Part shown: positions 1 through 11,429 of the stretch, piece by piece
How positions within the stretch are numbered: the first letter of the stretch is position 1
Layout: every line of letters begins with the position of its first letter
Assembly: GCA_963804165.1 (NCBI GenBank)
Contig: CAWDPO010000014.1
Coordinates: 32,001 to 96,000 of the forward strand
Length of the DNA: 64,000 bases
Reading direction: 5' to 3'
From: an uncultured delta proteobacterium
GTDB taxonomy: Bacteria; Desulfobacterota; Binatia; UBA9968
Position numbers and translations under genes: made by a program
The notes under the pieces: model-generated
The model's database searches: none
Seen by the model: the letters and a program-made list of their open reading frames with translations, nothing else
What the model was told of the DNA's origin: nothing

Positions 1-729
1 GGCGCCGCTGCCATCGAGATTGATGCGGCGGATCTGGCCGTTGGTCTCCGGCGGCTCGCAAATATTGCACGGCGCACCGACGTTGACGTAGAGCTTGTTG
101 TCGGGTCCCAGGCCCATGAATTTCCAGCCGTGTGACTGGTGATTCAGAAAATCGCTGTAAATCACCACGGGCTTCGGCGGATTTTCCAGATTGTCCTCGA
201 TGTTTTCCAGTTTGGAAATTTTCGTGCCTTCGGCGATGTAAAGCGTACCTTTGTGATAGGCAAGGCCGTTGGGACGGTCGAGGCCCGAAGCGATGACTTT
301 CGCTTCACGCTTGCCGCCTCTGTCGACGACCGCGTAGACCTTGTCGAGCACGCGGTTGCTGACGAACACCGTTCCCTTGTCGCCGAGCCTGAGTGAGCGG
401 GCGTTGGGAATGCCGCTCGCATAGACCTCGACCTTGAATCCTTTGGGAACCATGAGCTGCGCCACCGGCAACTTGTCGGCTGGCGTGCCAAAGGGCAGCG
501 GCGCGACGTTGCGCAGTTGCTTGGCGACTTCGGCGTTCGGAATGTCGGGTCGCCCTGGCACCGTCGTCGGCTGCGGCTGCTGACTCGGCATCGGCTTCGA
601 TGCTTCCGGCGCGGGTGCCTTGGTTGGTTGATCGCCGGTTTGCTGCGCGATGACAGGAAGCGTGGCGAGAAGGCCGATGAGAATGCCGGCAACCAAGAGG
701 CGAGATCGTTTCGATGGTCTCGTGATCAT
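1..729 (-). CDS. PQQ-dependent glucose/sorbosone dehydrogenase-family beta-propeller protein (runs off the window start)
   Basis: Manual translation from ATG at 729 (AGGAGG RBS upstream): signal peptide, then PKGFKVEVYASGIPNARSL...HGWKFMGLGPDNKLYVNVGAPCNIC, typical of the family. Not in the ORF track because it is open at the window edge. Confidence 0.8.
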   Translation of the reverse strand, partial: MITRPSKRSRLLVAGILIGLLATLPVIAQQTGDQPTKAPAPEASKPMPSQQPQPTTVPGRPDIPNAEVAKQLRNVAPLPFGTPADKLPVAQLMVPKGFKVEVYASGIPNARSLRLGDKGTVFVSNRVLDKVYAVVDRGGKREAKVIASGLDRPNGLAYHKGTLYIAEGTKISKLENIEDNLENPPKPVVIYSDFLNHQSHGWKFMGLGPDNKLYVNVGAPCNICEPPETNGQIRRINLDGSGA

Positions 730-785
730 GGGAATCCTCCTTTATCGGGCATGTCCAATTTTACCCGCAACGAGTGCTCTAACTC

Positions 786-2000
786 TCATCCTCGCGCGTT
801 CTGAACCAGCTTTTCAGGCTGTTCCTGGAACTTGATCTCGGCATCCTGTGGCAGCACCCATTTTTTGAGCGGCCGTCCCTCGGCCAGGGCGCGCAACTCT
901 CTCTCCCAGATCCTGCGGAATAGGATGACGCCAACGTCCGAGCGGCCGAGATGCTCCCGAGCGCGATCTGCGAGGGAGCCCTGGCCAACCTGCGCAACGT
1001 AATCTTGCGCATGGACCAGGGAGATTTTGTCTTTGAAGAAGTTATCCAGATCCTGGAAACTGAGCTTGCCGGAGAGCACCGCCCCGCCCATCTGCGCCAC
1101 GGAAAGTTTCGGTTCCGCGGCCGAAGCGTCTTGGCGTGCGCGGTATGCGCGCGCGGCTTCTCCGGATAGTGGTAGGCGGCGGAGGCGAAACTCCAGAGCA
1201 TTTTCGTCATCGAGCGGCACGTCCCACTGCATGCGGTCTTCCGACGTGCATTCGGGTTCGGGAGATGGATTTCGAAACGCGTAGACGTTGGGCATGAAGA
1301 ATTGAAAGACGTTGCGCCAGCCCTGTGCAAAGCTCGCGTATCCTGTCGTCCCCCACGGGCTTTCTTCCTTCGAAATATCCGGCAGCCCGCTGCGATTGTT
1401 GTCCGCAGAAGCGGAATAGGCGCCGCGATGAACGAACGGCACGTGATAGGTGTCGCCGTTATTATCGATGCGCTGGAAAAAATTGCACGGCCATATCTCC
1501 GTCGAAAGGACTTCGAGCACGCCGTCTTCTTCCATATGACGATAGCGCGGAAAGGCCGGCGCGGCGCCTTCGCCAAAGTAGGCGAAAATCAAACCTAGAT
1601 ATTCCCGCGCGGGGTAACTTCTTATACGAATCTTTGCCGCGAAAGATTTCTCCTCTGCGGGCTGCTCGGTGCACTGGCCGGATTCGTTGAATCGCCAACC
1701 GTGATACATGCAACGGATCGAGTCGCCTTCGACCCAGCCGGCCGAGAGCTGCGTGCCGCGATGGGGGCAGCGAAAATCCACGACGTGCGGCGTCCCACCG
1801 TCGCCGCGATAGAGCGTAAAGCGCTCGTTCATGATCTGAATCGGTTTGGCTTGGCCGGGCAGGAGCTCTTCCGCGCGATGAATAGGGTGCCAAAAGCGGC
1901 GCATGAACGCACCGGCGAGACTTCCCGGGCGAGTGGAAACGAGATCCTCGAAACGCAGTTTTTTTACAGGACGATTGGTTTTACGTTTAGCTGAGGGCAT
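786..2000 (-). CDS. Rieske non-heme iron aromatic oxygenase alpha subunit (phthalate 4,5-dioxygenase/VanA-like)
   Basis: Rieske motif CPHRGTQL...CMYHGW and mononuclear Fe motif DTYHVPFVH. Confidence 0.85.
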   Translation of the reverse strand: MPSAKRKTNRPVKKLRFEDLVSTRPGSLAGAFMRRFWHPIHRAEELLPGQAKPIQIMNERFTLYRGDGGTPHVVDFRCPHRGTQLSAGWVEGDSIRCMYHGWRFNESGQCTEQPAEEKSFAAKIRIRSYPAREYLGLIFAYFGEGAAPAFPRYRHMEEDGVLEVLSTEIWPCNFFQRIDNNGDTYHVPFVHRGAYSASADNNRSGLPDISKEESPWGTTGYASFAQGWRNVFQFFMPNVYAFRNPSPEPECTSEDRMQWDVPLDDENALEFRLRRLPLSGEAARAYRARQDASAAEPKLSVAQMGGAVLSGKLSFQDLDNFFKDKISLVHAQDYVAQVGQGSLADRAREHLGRSDVGVILFRRIWERELRALAEGRPLKKWVLPQDAEIKFQEQPEKLVQNARG

Positions 2001-2163
2001 GAGATTCTCTCCGCAGTTTTTTAATGGAATCTCCTAGGCCGGATTTGTTGGCTCGACGTCAAACGTTTCCAGTTCATTACAAACAACATCCGAGCTTGCA
2101 ATGGCTTGCTTCACGGCATTATAGATGCGGGTGCATTTATATTGCATCCGACTTAGTTTGACA

Positions 2164-2928
2164 ATGAAGCTGGACGGCAAGGTCGCAATCGTCACGGGTT
2201 CGGCGCGTGGTCTGGGATGGGAAATCATCCAGGCTTTCGCGCAAGAGGGAGCGAAGGTCGCGATCTGCGATCTCACGCAATCGGACGTGGACGAAGCCGT
2301 CGTGCGCCTGGGAGCGGCGCCGGAGAATGTCTTGGGCGTTAAAGCCGACGTGACTGCGGAGCGCGACGTGGCCGATCTATTTCACCGGACGCTCGGAAAG
2401 TTCCACCGGTTGGACGTCGTGGTCAACAACGCCGGTTTTGCCTGGCCGCGCGGCGGTCCGGTCAATCTAGAGCTTGCGGAAACGCCTTCGGATGTCTGGC
2501 TCAAGATCCTCGATACCAATCTCAACGGCACTTTTCTGTGCAGCCGGGAAGCGCTCAAGGTCATGCGGCCGCAGCGCGGCGGCGTGATCGTCAATATTTC
2601 TTCGCCGCAGGGAAAAAAGGGAAAACTTCTGAGAGGTCCCTATACAGCGGCGAAGTTCGGTGTCGAGGGATTGACCCAGGTGCTCGCGTTGGAGAACGAA
2701 TCTTACAACATCAGAGTAAACTGTCTCGATCCCGGCGGGATCGTCGCCACCGAAGCGATCAGGAAAATTTCCGGCAATCGCGGCGCGCGCATGCTTAGTC
2801 CGGAAATCGTCCGGCCCTGTGCTGTTTACCTGGCATCGGACGAGTCGAGCGGCGTGACGGGAACATCTGTTGTCGCTACCGATTGGCATAAGGAGCGGGG
2901 CTTTGTGGTTCCTTACACGGTCGCGTAA
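2164..2928 (+). CDS. Short-chain dehydrogenase/reductase
   Basis: TGSARGLG, VNNAG and YTAAK motifs; start set at MKLDGK. Confidence 0.9.
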   Translation: MKLDGKVAIVTGSARGLGWEIIQAFAQEGAKVAICDLTQSDVDEAVVRLGAAPENVLGVKADVTAERDVADLFHRTLGKFHRLDVVVNNAGFAWPRGGPVNLELAETPSDVWLKILDTNLNGTFLCSREALKVMRPQRGGVIVNISSPQGKKGKLLRGPYTAAKFGVEGLTQVLALENESYNIRVNCLDPGGIVATEAIRKISGNRGARMLSPEIVRPCAVYLASDESSGVTGTSVVATDWHKERGFVVPYTVA

Positions 2929-3094
2929 CGCGCGGTAATAATTCGTTTGTGTGACACTCAACGCTCCGAACCAAATCTCCCCTAGCCCCTCTTTTTCAAA
3001 GAGGGGAACCGACAAAAAGGGGATTTTCTCGGCGACTTAAATAATTAATCTTAGGCGAGTTTCATTTAGCAGCAACCTAAAGGAGACTGAATTC

Positions 3095-4078
3095 ATGCGG
3101 GCAAAATGGCAACTAAGAGCTCTCGTCTGCCTTCTAACCGTCAGCGCATTTTTCACACGGGCGGAAAGTCGAACGGTCAACGTGGCGGTCCCCACGCTTA
3201 GTATGGTGGTGATCGCCTTCACGGCCGCCAAGGAGAAGGGCTACTATCAGGACGAAGGCTTGGACGTGAACCTGGTTGTGATGCGGGATACGCTGGGCAT
3301 CTCGGCTCTGATCGGCGGCAACGCTGATTTTGCCTCCATGAGTGGCGCCGGTTTCACCGCCATTCTCGGCGGCGTGCCGCTGCGCTTCGCTTTCAGTAGT
3401 TTTTTCCGGCCGATGTTCTGGCTCTACGCCAAACCCGAAATTCAGGACGTCAAGGCTCTCCGGGGAAAACGGGTTGGCGTGACTGGCCTTGGTAGCGGCC
3501 CGGATAATCTCTTGCGCGAGACTCTTAAGCGCAATGGCCTGGAAGGCGGCCGGGATGTGACGATCCTGGCGTTGGGATTGCCCGCGACCCTCGCGGCGGC
3601 ACTTCGAGCCGGCACTGTGGATGCGGGGACGGTCAGCCCGCCGTTCAATTTTGCCGTGAGAGACGCTGGTTTTCGTGAATTGGTATCTTTTCTGAAGGAA
3701 GACTTCGTCGAGCTGCAAGGCAGTATTCTGACCCATGAACGGATTTTTCAGTCCGACTCGGCTGTCGTCGAAAAATTCGTCCGCGGCACCCTAAAAGGGT
3801 TGCGCTACGCGAGAGAAAACAAAGCAGGCACGATTCCGATCCTGCTCCGTTACATGAAACTCAAGGATGATCTGGCCGGACAATACTATGATCTGGTGCG
3901 GCCGATCATGACCAGCGACGGAACAGTCAACGCAGAATTTCAAAAAAAATATCTCGACCAAGCGCTCAAGGTTTTGTCGCCCAAAGAACCGCCGACGATG
4001 GAGCGGATCTATAATTATTCCTTAGCCCGCAAAATCAACGCTGAGTTGGATGTATCAGGGTGGAAGCCGGGAAAATAA
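3095..4078 (+). CDS. ABC transporter substrate-binding protein, NMT1/SsuA/TauA type
   Basis: Signal peptide; AKEKGYYQDEGLDV and LRGKRVGVTGLGS family patterns. Confidence 0.85.
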   Translation: MRAKWQLRALVCLLTVSAFFTRAESRTVNVAVPTLSMVVIAFTAAKEKGYYQDEGLDVNLVVMRDTLGISALIGGNADFASMSGAGFTAILGGVPLRFAFSSFFRPMFWLYAKPEIQDVKALRGKRVGVTGLGSGPDNLLRETLKRNGLEGGRDVTILALGLPATLAAALRAGTVDAGTVSPPFNFAVRDAGFRELVSFLKEDFVELQGSILTHERIFQSDSAVVEKFVRGTLKGLRYARENKAGTIPILLRYMKLKDDLAGQYYDLVRPIMTSDGTVNAEFQKKYLDQALKVLSPKEPPTMERIYNYSLARKINAELDVSGWKPGK

Positions 4079-4129
4079 GACTCGCTAAACTTGTGCTGCC
4101 ACTGTCGTTCATGTCTCCAACTCCTAACA

Positions 4130-6274
4130 TTATTGAACCAACTCAAAATCAATCTCGCTTCGAAACGAGTTAATCCGCACAACTTTCACCCGCACATTAT
4201 CGCCTAGCCTAAACTTTCGTCCGTGACGGCGGCCTTTGATGACGTATTCCTTTTCGTAGTAGTCGTAGTCGTCGTCGATCAGTGAGGAGAGTTTCACCAA
4301 GCCCTCGACAAAATAGTCATCCAGTTCGACGAAGAAGCCGAAGTTTGCCAGGCTGTTAATGAAGCCGGTGAACTCTTCGCCGATTTTATTCATCATGAAC
4401 TGAGCTTTTTTGAGACCGACCATCTCGCGCTCGGCGTCCATGGCGTGGCGCTCGCGCTCGGAGCTGTGTTTGCCGGTTTCTTGGAGGTAACGGAGCAAGT
4501 CTTCGCGCTGATTACCCTTAGGCTTTTCTCCGCGCATCACTCTGTCCAACATGCGGTGGACAATCAAATCGGGATAGCGGCGGATCGGCGAGGTGAAGTG
4601 CGTGTAGCAAGTCGAAGCCAGGCCGAAATGGCCGACGTTTTCAGGTTGGTAGATCGCCTGCTTCATCGAGCGAAGAAGCACGCGGTTGATGACCCGCTCT
4701 TCAGGTTTGCCGCGGGCGGATTGCAACAGTTTCTGAATCTCCAACGGCGCGATCTTGTCTTTTTTCTGGGGTAGACGATAGCCAAGGCTCAAAAGAAACG
4801 GCGCCAGAGCTTCGAGCGATTCTTGATCCGGCCCTTCGTGCACGCGGTAAAGGCTGGGAAACTCTTTTTCTGTAAGATGGCGCGCGACCGCCTCGTTGGC
4901 GGCGATCATGAATTCCTCGATGATCCGGTGCGCGATATTGCGTTCGGCGCGCATGATGTTTTCCGGCAGGCCCTGCAGATCGAGAACGATTTCGGCTTCC
5001 GGCAGGTCGAAGTCGAGATTGCCGCGGGCGCGCCGCCGCTCATAGATCAATAGCGCGAGCTCTTCCATCAGCTTGAATTCTGCGACAAGATTTTGGTACC
5101 GCGCCAAACATTCCGGATCTTGGTCGACTAAAATTCGCCGCACGCTCGTATAGGTCATGCGCTCGTGGCTGCGAATCACCGAATTGAAAAAGCGGCTGCG
5201 GATCACTTCACCTTTGGCGTTGAACTCGATACAGACGGTTTTCGTCAAACGGTCTTCGTGGGGATTCAGACTGCAAATCCCATTCGATAATGCCTCGGGC
5301 AGCATGGGTATCGCGCGATCGGGAAAATAGACGCTGGTTGCGCGCTCGTAGGCTTCCTGATCGAGCGCCGTTTCAGGGGCGACATAATGCGCCACGTCGG
5401 CGATCGAGACGTAAAGCTCGTAGTGATCGCCCTGTTTGCGCACGTAAACCGCGTCGTCGAAGTCACGCGCATTTTCGCCGTCGATCGTCACGATCGGTAG
5501 TTTCCGCAAGTCGGTGCGCGCGGCGAGCTCTTCCGTCGCGATCGAATAGGAAAGTTGATTTGCCTCGCGATGGACCTCTCCAGGAAAAGTCGCCGAGAGG
5601 CCGTACCGAAACACGATGGATTGTGCCTGCACTTCCGGATCGTCGGGGTCGCCCATGACGTTGACCACGTGAGCTTCCGGCGGTGACATGGCCGTGCCGT
5701 AGCGGGAAATTTCCGCCGCAACGACTTTACCTTTTTCCGGCTTCACCGCGCCTGGTTTGAGCGGAATGACGCCGATGCGCGCGTCCATGGGGACCAGGAA
5801 GCCTTTGCCGTTGAGCTCGTCGTAAGTTCCGAGCAGGCGTTTTTGGCCGTGTTCCAAGACTTGCACGATATGGGTTTCAGCGCCGCCGCGGGACTTCCGA
5901 TCGACGCGCACCATCACCTGATCGCCGTGCATGACGCGGCGCATTTCACGGTGATTCAAATAAAGATCTTCCATGTCTCTAGCTTCGGGAATCAAAAATC
6001 CGTAACCGTCCGGGTGGGCGTGGACTCTGCCTTTGACGAGATGCTGGCGGTCGGGCAGGGCGTAATGATTCTTTTTTAGGCGAACCAGCTTGCCGTCGCG
6101 ACACAAGCCGCGCAACGCGTCGACGATCACTTGTAACTCGTTGCGGGCAAATCCGGCGCGCCGGAGAATCTCCGCCGGCGTGAGCCGTTCCCGCGGTTTG
6201 TGGGCGAACAAATCGAGGATTCTTCCGCGTGCCTTGGGTTCGGAGGCGGATTCAAGATCGGACTGTGGTCGCAT
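4130..6274 (-). CDS. rnr: Ribonuclease R
   Basis: HPDGYGF cold-shock domain, TIDGENARDFDDA catalytic motif, HFTSPIRRYPD, C-terminal S1 domain; start set at MRPQSD. Confidence 0.93.
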   Translation of the reverse strand: MRPQSDLESASEPKARGRILDLFAHKPRERLTPAEILRRAGFARNELQVIVDALRGLCRDGKLVRLKKNHYALPDRQHLVKGRVHAHPDGYGFLIPEARDMEDLYLNHREMRRVMHGDQVMVRVDRKSRGGAETHIVQVLEHGQKRLLGTYDELNGKGFLVPMDARIGVIPLKPGAVKPEKGKVVAAEISRYGTAMSPPEAHVVNVMGDPDDPEVQAQSIVFRYGLSATFPGEVHREANQLSYSIATEELAARTDLRKLPIVTIDGENARDFDDAVYVRKQGDHYELYVSIADVAHYVAPETALDQEAYERATSVYFPDRAIPMLPEALSNGICSLNPHEDRLTKTVCIEFNAKGEVIRSRFFNSVIRSHERMTYTSVRRILVDQDPECLARYQNLVAEFKLMEELALLIYERRRARGNLDFDLPEAEIVLDLQGLPENIMRAERNIAHRIIEEFMIAANEAVARHLTEKEFPSLYRVHEGPDQESLEALAPFLLSLGYRLPQKKDKIAPLEIQKLLQSARGKPEERVINRVLLRSMKQAIYQPENVGHFGLASTCYTHFTSPIRRYPDLIVHRMLDRVMRGEKPKGNQREDLLRYLQETGKHSSERERHAMDAEREMVGLKKAQFMMNKIGEEFTGFINSLANFGFFVELDDYFVEGLVKLSSLIDDDYDYYEKEYVIKGRRHGRKFRLGDNVRVKVVRINSFRSEIDFELVQ

Positions 6275-6366
6275 AAAAAGTGATGGGCCTGACCCGGGAA
6301 TTCCCAGTTTGCAGCGGCTCCGCATGGCGCCGCTTTTTGAAACTGGAGATTGTCGCTAAAACCAGT

Positions 6367-6642
6367 TTATCGGGTCGAAGACTCCGCCGCTAGCTCGGCC
6401 ATGAACCAATCGTCTTTCATGTCGGCGGGCCGGGCGATTTCCCGCAACGGTATTTCTTTCTCGAGCGAGACCAAAATTGCGCGCGCGGTGTCGAGGAAGT
6501 CAGTCATGGCGAGGAGCACGATGACGGCCTTTTTTCGGTCCACCGTACGAATGATGCCGACCTCTTCGTAGGACTCGAAGACAAACTTTACATAGGCGAT
6601 GTGTTCGGCAGGCACTTCCAGGTAGATGTCGTGCAATACCAT
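6367..6642 (-). CDS. DUF4911-like small conserved protein
   Basis: IAYVKFVFESYEEVGIIRTVD pattern; start set at MVLHD. Confidence 0.65.
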   Translation of the reverse strand: MVLHDIYLEVPAEHIAYVKFVFESYEEVGIIRTVDRKKAVIVLLAMTDFLDTARAILVSLEKEIPLREIARPADMKDDWFMAELAAESSTR

Positions 6643-6653
6643 GGCAGAAGCCT

Positions 6654-9329
6654 CTAACGATTCAAAAAACGTTCGAGGGCGTCGGGCAGCCACCGTTTGG
6701 CGTCACTGGGCTCGTCCCCTTGTTTCGTTTGCGCGTCTTTGTCGTCGCCGCGTCCCGTTGAACTCGCGCGCAGGGCTTGTGCCAAGGCGCGATTATCGAG
6801 CCGGATTTTGACGTCTGGAATTTTACCCTCCAAGCGAAATGAGATCGCCAGTCTGCCGCGCCGATCCAGCAGATAACGGATGAGTCGATAGTCGCGTTGC
6901 ACCTCTTGAGACAGACGCGGCGATAGAACCAGCAGACCGTTCCACTGGGTCGAGCGGTCAAAGCCGATCCAGCCCGCGCCTGTAATCGTATAATCGGGAG
7001 TCGTAATGACAAGATTCTCAGTGCGAACCTGTTTTTGGTCGACGGTGAAACTGGCCTTTAACGAGTCAAAGGCCGTATCACGTCGGCCGACCAAGCCGGC
7101 AAATCCAGGCGGTAGGCGGGACACTGAAGACTCCGATATCGTGGCACCGCTACCTTTTAACAACAGTTGGCTGACTACGTTGAAATCTTTGATCACACCC
7201 CGTTCGATCGCTGCCTCGCCGGATCCTTTGAGCGCATCTTTAATACTGCTGCCCTCCGTGGTGGCGGCGTCAAATCGGGCGTGACCCTGGAGCTGCCCTT
7301 CGAACCGTCCCGTCAGCGGAGGCGCGAGCTGCGCGATCAAAGCGCGTACTTCCAAAGCGTCGAATGTAGGGGAAAACTCGAGTTGCTGTGTACGCGGGTT
7401 GACGGACGCCCAATAGCCATCGGAGCGGAGTCTGCCATTCAGAACTTGTGCCGAAAGATTTTTAAACGTAAGGCCCTTCGCAGTCAGAACGACGTCGGCG
7501 CGAAGGTCGCGAAATCCGAACTGATTCAAACTGCCTTGCGGCGCGACCACCGATCCGCTGAGCACCAACCGCTCATTTTGTAGCCGCATCACGCCATTCG
7601 CGGTCATGTTTTCGAGTTGAACGGGTGGGCTGGTGGTGAGCAAGGGTAGGTCGGCCAGATCCAACCGAGGGGAACGTAGACTGTAAGCCACGGTCGGTTC
7701 GAGCAGTTTTGGCGCGGTGCCGTGGAGCAGGATCGTGGATCGTCCGATGCGGAATGTCACCTCGTCCAGGCGCGCTTGTTGACCGGTGAAAGAAACTTTG
7801 GCGTTCAAGTCTTCGATCTTTCCGCCGGTGGCTTTTTGTCTAATTTCGGCGCCCGTGAGCTTCAGTTGGCCCTGAGCCGCCCAATCCTCATCGCCCGTAG
7901 ACAACCCCTTTTGGATGGCTATTTTCCACTCGGCCTCGCCAGCTCCAACCACGAAAGTGGCGGACGGGATCAAACCGTTCCACCCGGCCACTGGGCTTTT
8001 CGCGCTATGCACATTGAGCCTGAGCCGCGGCAGGTGTGCGTCATCGATGCTGCCCGAAAAGCCGATCTTTTGCGCGCCGGCGACGAGTTCGGATTCATGA
8101 AATAAAAGCATTTTGTTTCGCCGCGAGATCTGCGTTCTAAGCTCGGCCGGAACGCCGGCGGGCTTGCGTAGCGACTCTTTGTAGCGTAGGTCCGCTTTTT
8201 CGGCGCGCACCAGCGCGCCGATACGAAGATTCTCCCATGTTCCCTCGAAGCGGCCGTAGATGCCGATCGTTCCGTCGGCGACCAATGCGGACGGCAGATT
8301 TTGCTCGAAAAACTTGAGAGTCCGCAAGGGGGCAAGCGCAAGGGGTTCGACGACGAGCTTGCCTTGGATAGCCGCGTCCTCCCACAGCCGGCGCTCGGTG
8401 AAATGAATGCTGCCGTTGACGACGGCGTTGTAATTGGACGAACCGAACAATGGGATTTTAAGCGTGATGTCATCGATGCGCGGTCGCTCCGGCGTGCCGC
8501 GCGCTTTGGCATGGAACGCCATCGGGCCTGTCACATCGAGATCGCCGGGAATCTTGTCCCGCAGCGCGGCCAGAGCGCGCGCGACGACGGGAACATGGAG
8601 CGAATCGAATCGAAGATCGAGATCAATGGGGCGGTGCAGCCAAGAAAGTTCGTTCGGCGCCGGATCGAGTCGTCCGTTGATCTTCACGTCTTGACTGAGA
8701 CTCTCGGTTAACGACGCCGTCAGGCGGATTTTCATCACCTCGCGGGGCCCGAATCCTTTGAGGATCATGGAAAGATGCCTGACGCGAAGCTCCGCTGGTT
8801 CCTTGACCGATCGATCGATGTACTCGACGCGCCCTTCGTCAATCCGGATTTGGTGGATCACGAAGCTCACTGCGTTGTGTTTACGCTCGGATGAGGCGGG
8901 GGGCAGCTTGGGAAACCGGCGCAAGTCGTCTTTGCGGTTCAGCAACGTCGTGAGATTGAGCAATCCCGATTCGTCGGTGATGATCTGAAATTCAGGCTCG
9001 GTGAAAGTCAGCGTGCTGATGACGAACCGTCGGAAAAGCAGGTTCCACACACTGACTCCCAAGATCAGCTCGCGCGCGCGCAGCAGCGGAGTTGCGGCAA
9101 AATGAGAATCGTCGGCGACACGAAATTCTCGGGCGACAAAACCCAATCGGCCGAACCAATGAACTTCCAAACTGTCAAAATTAACGTCCGTGCCGAATAC
9201 TTTTTGCAGCTCTTGACGTACCTGATCGCGATTTCTGCCGGCGAGGGTGTTGAAAGTTTGCACCAAGACAACGGCCGCGATCACCAGGGTCACGGCAATC
9301 AAGACAAGGAATTTTTGCGGGCTTTTCAT
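6654..9329 (-). CDS. AsmA-family protein
   Basis: N-terminal membrane anchor, beta-rich 891 aa, AsmA-like C-terminus (FDSLKASFTV...ITGAGWIGFD). Confidence 0.8.
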   Translation of the reverse strand: MKSPQKFLVLIAVTLVIAAVVLVQTFNTLAGRNRDQVRQELQKVFGTDVNFDSLEVHWFGRLGFVAREFRVADDSHFAATPLLRARELILGVSVWNLLFRRFVISTLTFTEPEFQIITDESGLLNLTTLLNRKDDLRRFPKLPPASSERKHNAVSFVIHQIRIDEGRVEYIDRSVKEPAELRVRHLSMILKGFGPREVMKIRLTASLTESLSQDVKINGRLDPAPNELSWLHRPIDLDLRFDSLHVPVVARALAALRDKIPGDLDVTGPMAFHAKARGTPERPRIDDITLKIPLFGSSNYNAVVNGSIHFTERRLWEDAAIQGKLVVEPLALAPLRTLKFFEQNLPSALVADGTIGIYGRFEGTWENLRIGALVRAEKADLRYKESLRKPAGVPAELRTQISRRNKMLLFHESELVAGAQKIGFSGSIDDAHLPRLRLNVHSAKSPVAGWNGLIPSATFVVGAGEAEWKIAIQKGLSTGDEDWAAQGQLKLTGAEIRQKATGGKIEDLNAKVSFTGQQARLDEVTFRIGRSTILLHGTAPKLLEPTVAYSLRSPRLDLADLPLLTTSPPVQLENMTANGVMRLQNERLVLSGSVVAPQGSLNQFGFRDLRADVVLTAKGLTFKNLSAQVLNGRLRSDGYWASVNPRTQQLEFSPTFDALEVRALIAQLAPPLTGRFEGQLQGHARFDAATTEGSSIKDALKGSGEAAIERGVIKDFNVVSQLLLKGSGATISESSVSRLPPGFAGLVGRRDTAFDSLKASFTVDQKQVRTENLVITTPDYTITGAGWIGFDRSTQWNGLLVLSPRLSQEVQRDYRLIRYLLDRRGRLAISFRLEGKIPDVKIRLDNRALAQALRASSTGRGDDKDAQTKQGDEPSDAKRWLPDALERFLNR

Positions 9330-9483
9330 CGCGCGAGCGATGGTAGATCAGAGACAATTCGAAAAAAAGATAAGCTTAGGTTCGGATGTCGAATCCTGAT
9401 GTCCGCCGGGGCGGATTGGATTGGCGCCAACAATTTACGATACCGGTTACGTGAGCATGAATCCAACGGTCTGACCGTACCAC

Positions 9484-10686
9484 TCAATTCATGCGTTCCA
9501 CGATCGTGGCGATGCCTTGCCCCACGCCGATGCACATAGTTGCGAGGCCGTAGCGGCAGCCGCGCTTTTGCATTTCGTGAATCAGCGTCGTCATGAGACG
9601 CGCGCCGCTGCAGCCGAGCGGATGGCCGAGGGCAATGGCGCCGCCGTTGACGTTCAACTGATTCAGATCGATGCCGAGCTCGCGGGCGCAGGCGAGCACT
9701 TGGGAGGCGAAGGCTTCATTCAATTCGACCAGATCGATCTGTTCGATGGTCAAACCGGCGCGTTTGAGCGCTTTCTGTGTCGCCGGTATCGGCCCGATAC
9801 CCATATAATTCGGATGGACTCCGGCCGCCGCGGACGCGACGATGCGCGCCAGCGGTTTGAGCTTCAACTGTGCGGCTTTCTGCGGTGTAGTAACGAGGAG
9901 CGCCGCGGCGCCGTCGGAAAGCGGCGAAGAGTTTCCCGCGGTTACGGTGCCGCCTTTCTTGAACGAAGCTTGGAGGCCGGCAAGGATCTCCAGCGACGTG
10001 TCAGCGCGCGGCCCCTCGTCTTTATCGTGCACCAGCGGCGCGCCTTTGCGCTGGGGAATTTCGAACGGAACGATCTCGTCTTTAAGGCGGCCGTCTTTTT
10101 GCGCTTTGAGGGCTTTTTGATGGCTGGCGAGCGCGAGTTTGTCTTGATCTTCTCTGCTGATCTGGTACTTGTCCGCGACGTTTTCCGCGGTCTCACCGTT
10201 GTTGATCAAAGAATATAGTTCGGCCATGCGCTTGTTGGGAAAACGCCAGCCGAGCGAGCTGTCATACATCTGCACATCGCCGCGCTGGTAAGCATTCGCC
10301 GGTTTGCCCATGACCCAGGGACCACGGGTCATGCTTTCGACGCCGCCGGCGACAAAAAGATCGCCGTGATCGGTCTCGACCGCTCGGCCCGCTTGATTGA
10401 TCGCTTCGAGCCCCGAGCCACACAGACGGTTCACTGTCGCGCCGGGAATCGTGTACGGCAGGCCGGCCAGCAAAGACGCGTTGCGCGCCACGTTGCGCGA
10501 GTCTTCGCCGGCTTGATTGGTGCAGCCAAAGTAGACGTCCTCGATCTCGTCCTTATTGATGCCGGTCTTTTCGACCAGCTTGCCGATGATGAACGCGGCG
10601 AGATCGTCGGTGCGAACGTCTTTAAAAATGCCGCCGTGCCGGCCCATCGGCGTGCGCACGGCTTCAACGATGACGGCTTCTCTCAT
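9484..10686 (-). CDS. paaJ: Thiolase (3-oxoadipyl-CoA thiolase, PaaJ/PcaF-like)
   Basis: [19 protein letters not shown] and MCIGVGQG motifs; NQAGED typical of PaaJ/PcaF; paa context. Confidence 0.85.
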   Translation of the reverse strand: MREAVIVEAVRTPMGRHGGIFKDVRTDDLAAFIIGKLVEKTGINKDEIEDVYFGCTNQAGEDSRNVARNASLLAGLPYTIPGATVNRLCGSGLEAINQAGRAVETDHGDLFVAGGVESMTRGPWVMGKPANAYQRGDVQMYDSSLGWRFPNKRMAELYSLINNGETAENVADKYQISREDQDKLALASHQKALKAQKDGRLKDEIVPFEIPQRKGAPLVHDKDEGPRADTSLEILAGLQASFKKGGTVTAGNSSPLSDGAAALLVTTPQKAAQLKLKPLARIVASAAAGVHPNYMGIGPIPATQKALKRAGLTIEQIDLVELNEAFASQVLACARELGIDLNQLNVNGGAIALGHPLGCSGARLMTTLIHEMQKRGCRYGLATMCIGVGQGIATIVERMN

Positions 10687-11429
10687 GGCTTCACCTGACC
10701 TTCCCTATACGGATAAAATCCTCTGCCGCTGATCTCGCCGAGAAAACCGGCGATAACGAGTTTTTTCATCAGCGGCGCGGGCCGATAGCGGTCGTCGCCG
10801 GTCTCGCGGTGCAATCCTTCGAGTACCGCCAAGACTTCGTCCACGCCGATCTGATCAGCCCATTTAAGCGGTCCCTGCGGATAGTTGACGCCGAGACGCA
10901 TCGCCACATCGATCTCTTCGGCCGAAGCTACCCCTTCTTCCAGGCTTCTGGCAGCTTCATTAATAATTAAGCTCAAAATGCGCGGAAAAGTAAGCCCGGG
11001 ACTGTCTTTCACGCGGACGGACTCTTTGCCGAGCGATGCAAACAACTGCTCGGCTTGCCCGAGCGCCGAGTCGCTGGTGCGCAAGCCGGCGGCCAATTCG
11101 ATCAGGCGGCGATCTTTGAGCGGATAAAACGTCGCGAAGCCGACTATCCGGTCAGGTTTTTTGAGCCACGAAGCCATTTGCGTCGTCGAGAATCGCAAGC
11201 AGGAAGTCACAATCACCGAGGACGCCGGCAAAGACGCATCGAGTCGCTGGAGCAGCGCGCGCTTTTTATCTTCGGCGCCGGTCTCGCTATCGATCACGAA
11301 ATTCGTCGTCGACCCAACCGCCGTGGCGTCACTGAGATGCGTCGCCTCAAGACCCTTGGCTTGAGCCAACGCCAGCAACTCATCCGCTAACCGGCTTTTG
11401 CCGATGATCGCCAGGCTACTTTTTGTCAT
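10683..11429 (-). CDS. 3-hydroxyacyl-CoA dehydrogenase family protein (resembles C-terminal half of PaaH)
   Basis: [37 protein letters not shown]; ATG at 11429 overlaps the upstream stop. Confidence 0.75.
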   Translation of the reverse strand: MTKSSLAIIGKSRLADELLALAQAKGLEATHLSDATAVGSTTNFVIDSETGAEDKKRALLQRLDASLPASSVIVTSCLRFSTTQMASWLKKPDRIVGFATFYPLKDRRLIELAAGLRTSDSALGQAEQLFASLGKESVRVKDSPGLTFPRILSLIINEAARSLEEGVASAEEIDVAMRLGVNYPQGPLKWADQIGVDEVLAVLEGLHRETGDDRYRPAPLMKKLVIAGFLGEISGRGFYPYREGQVKP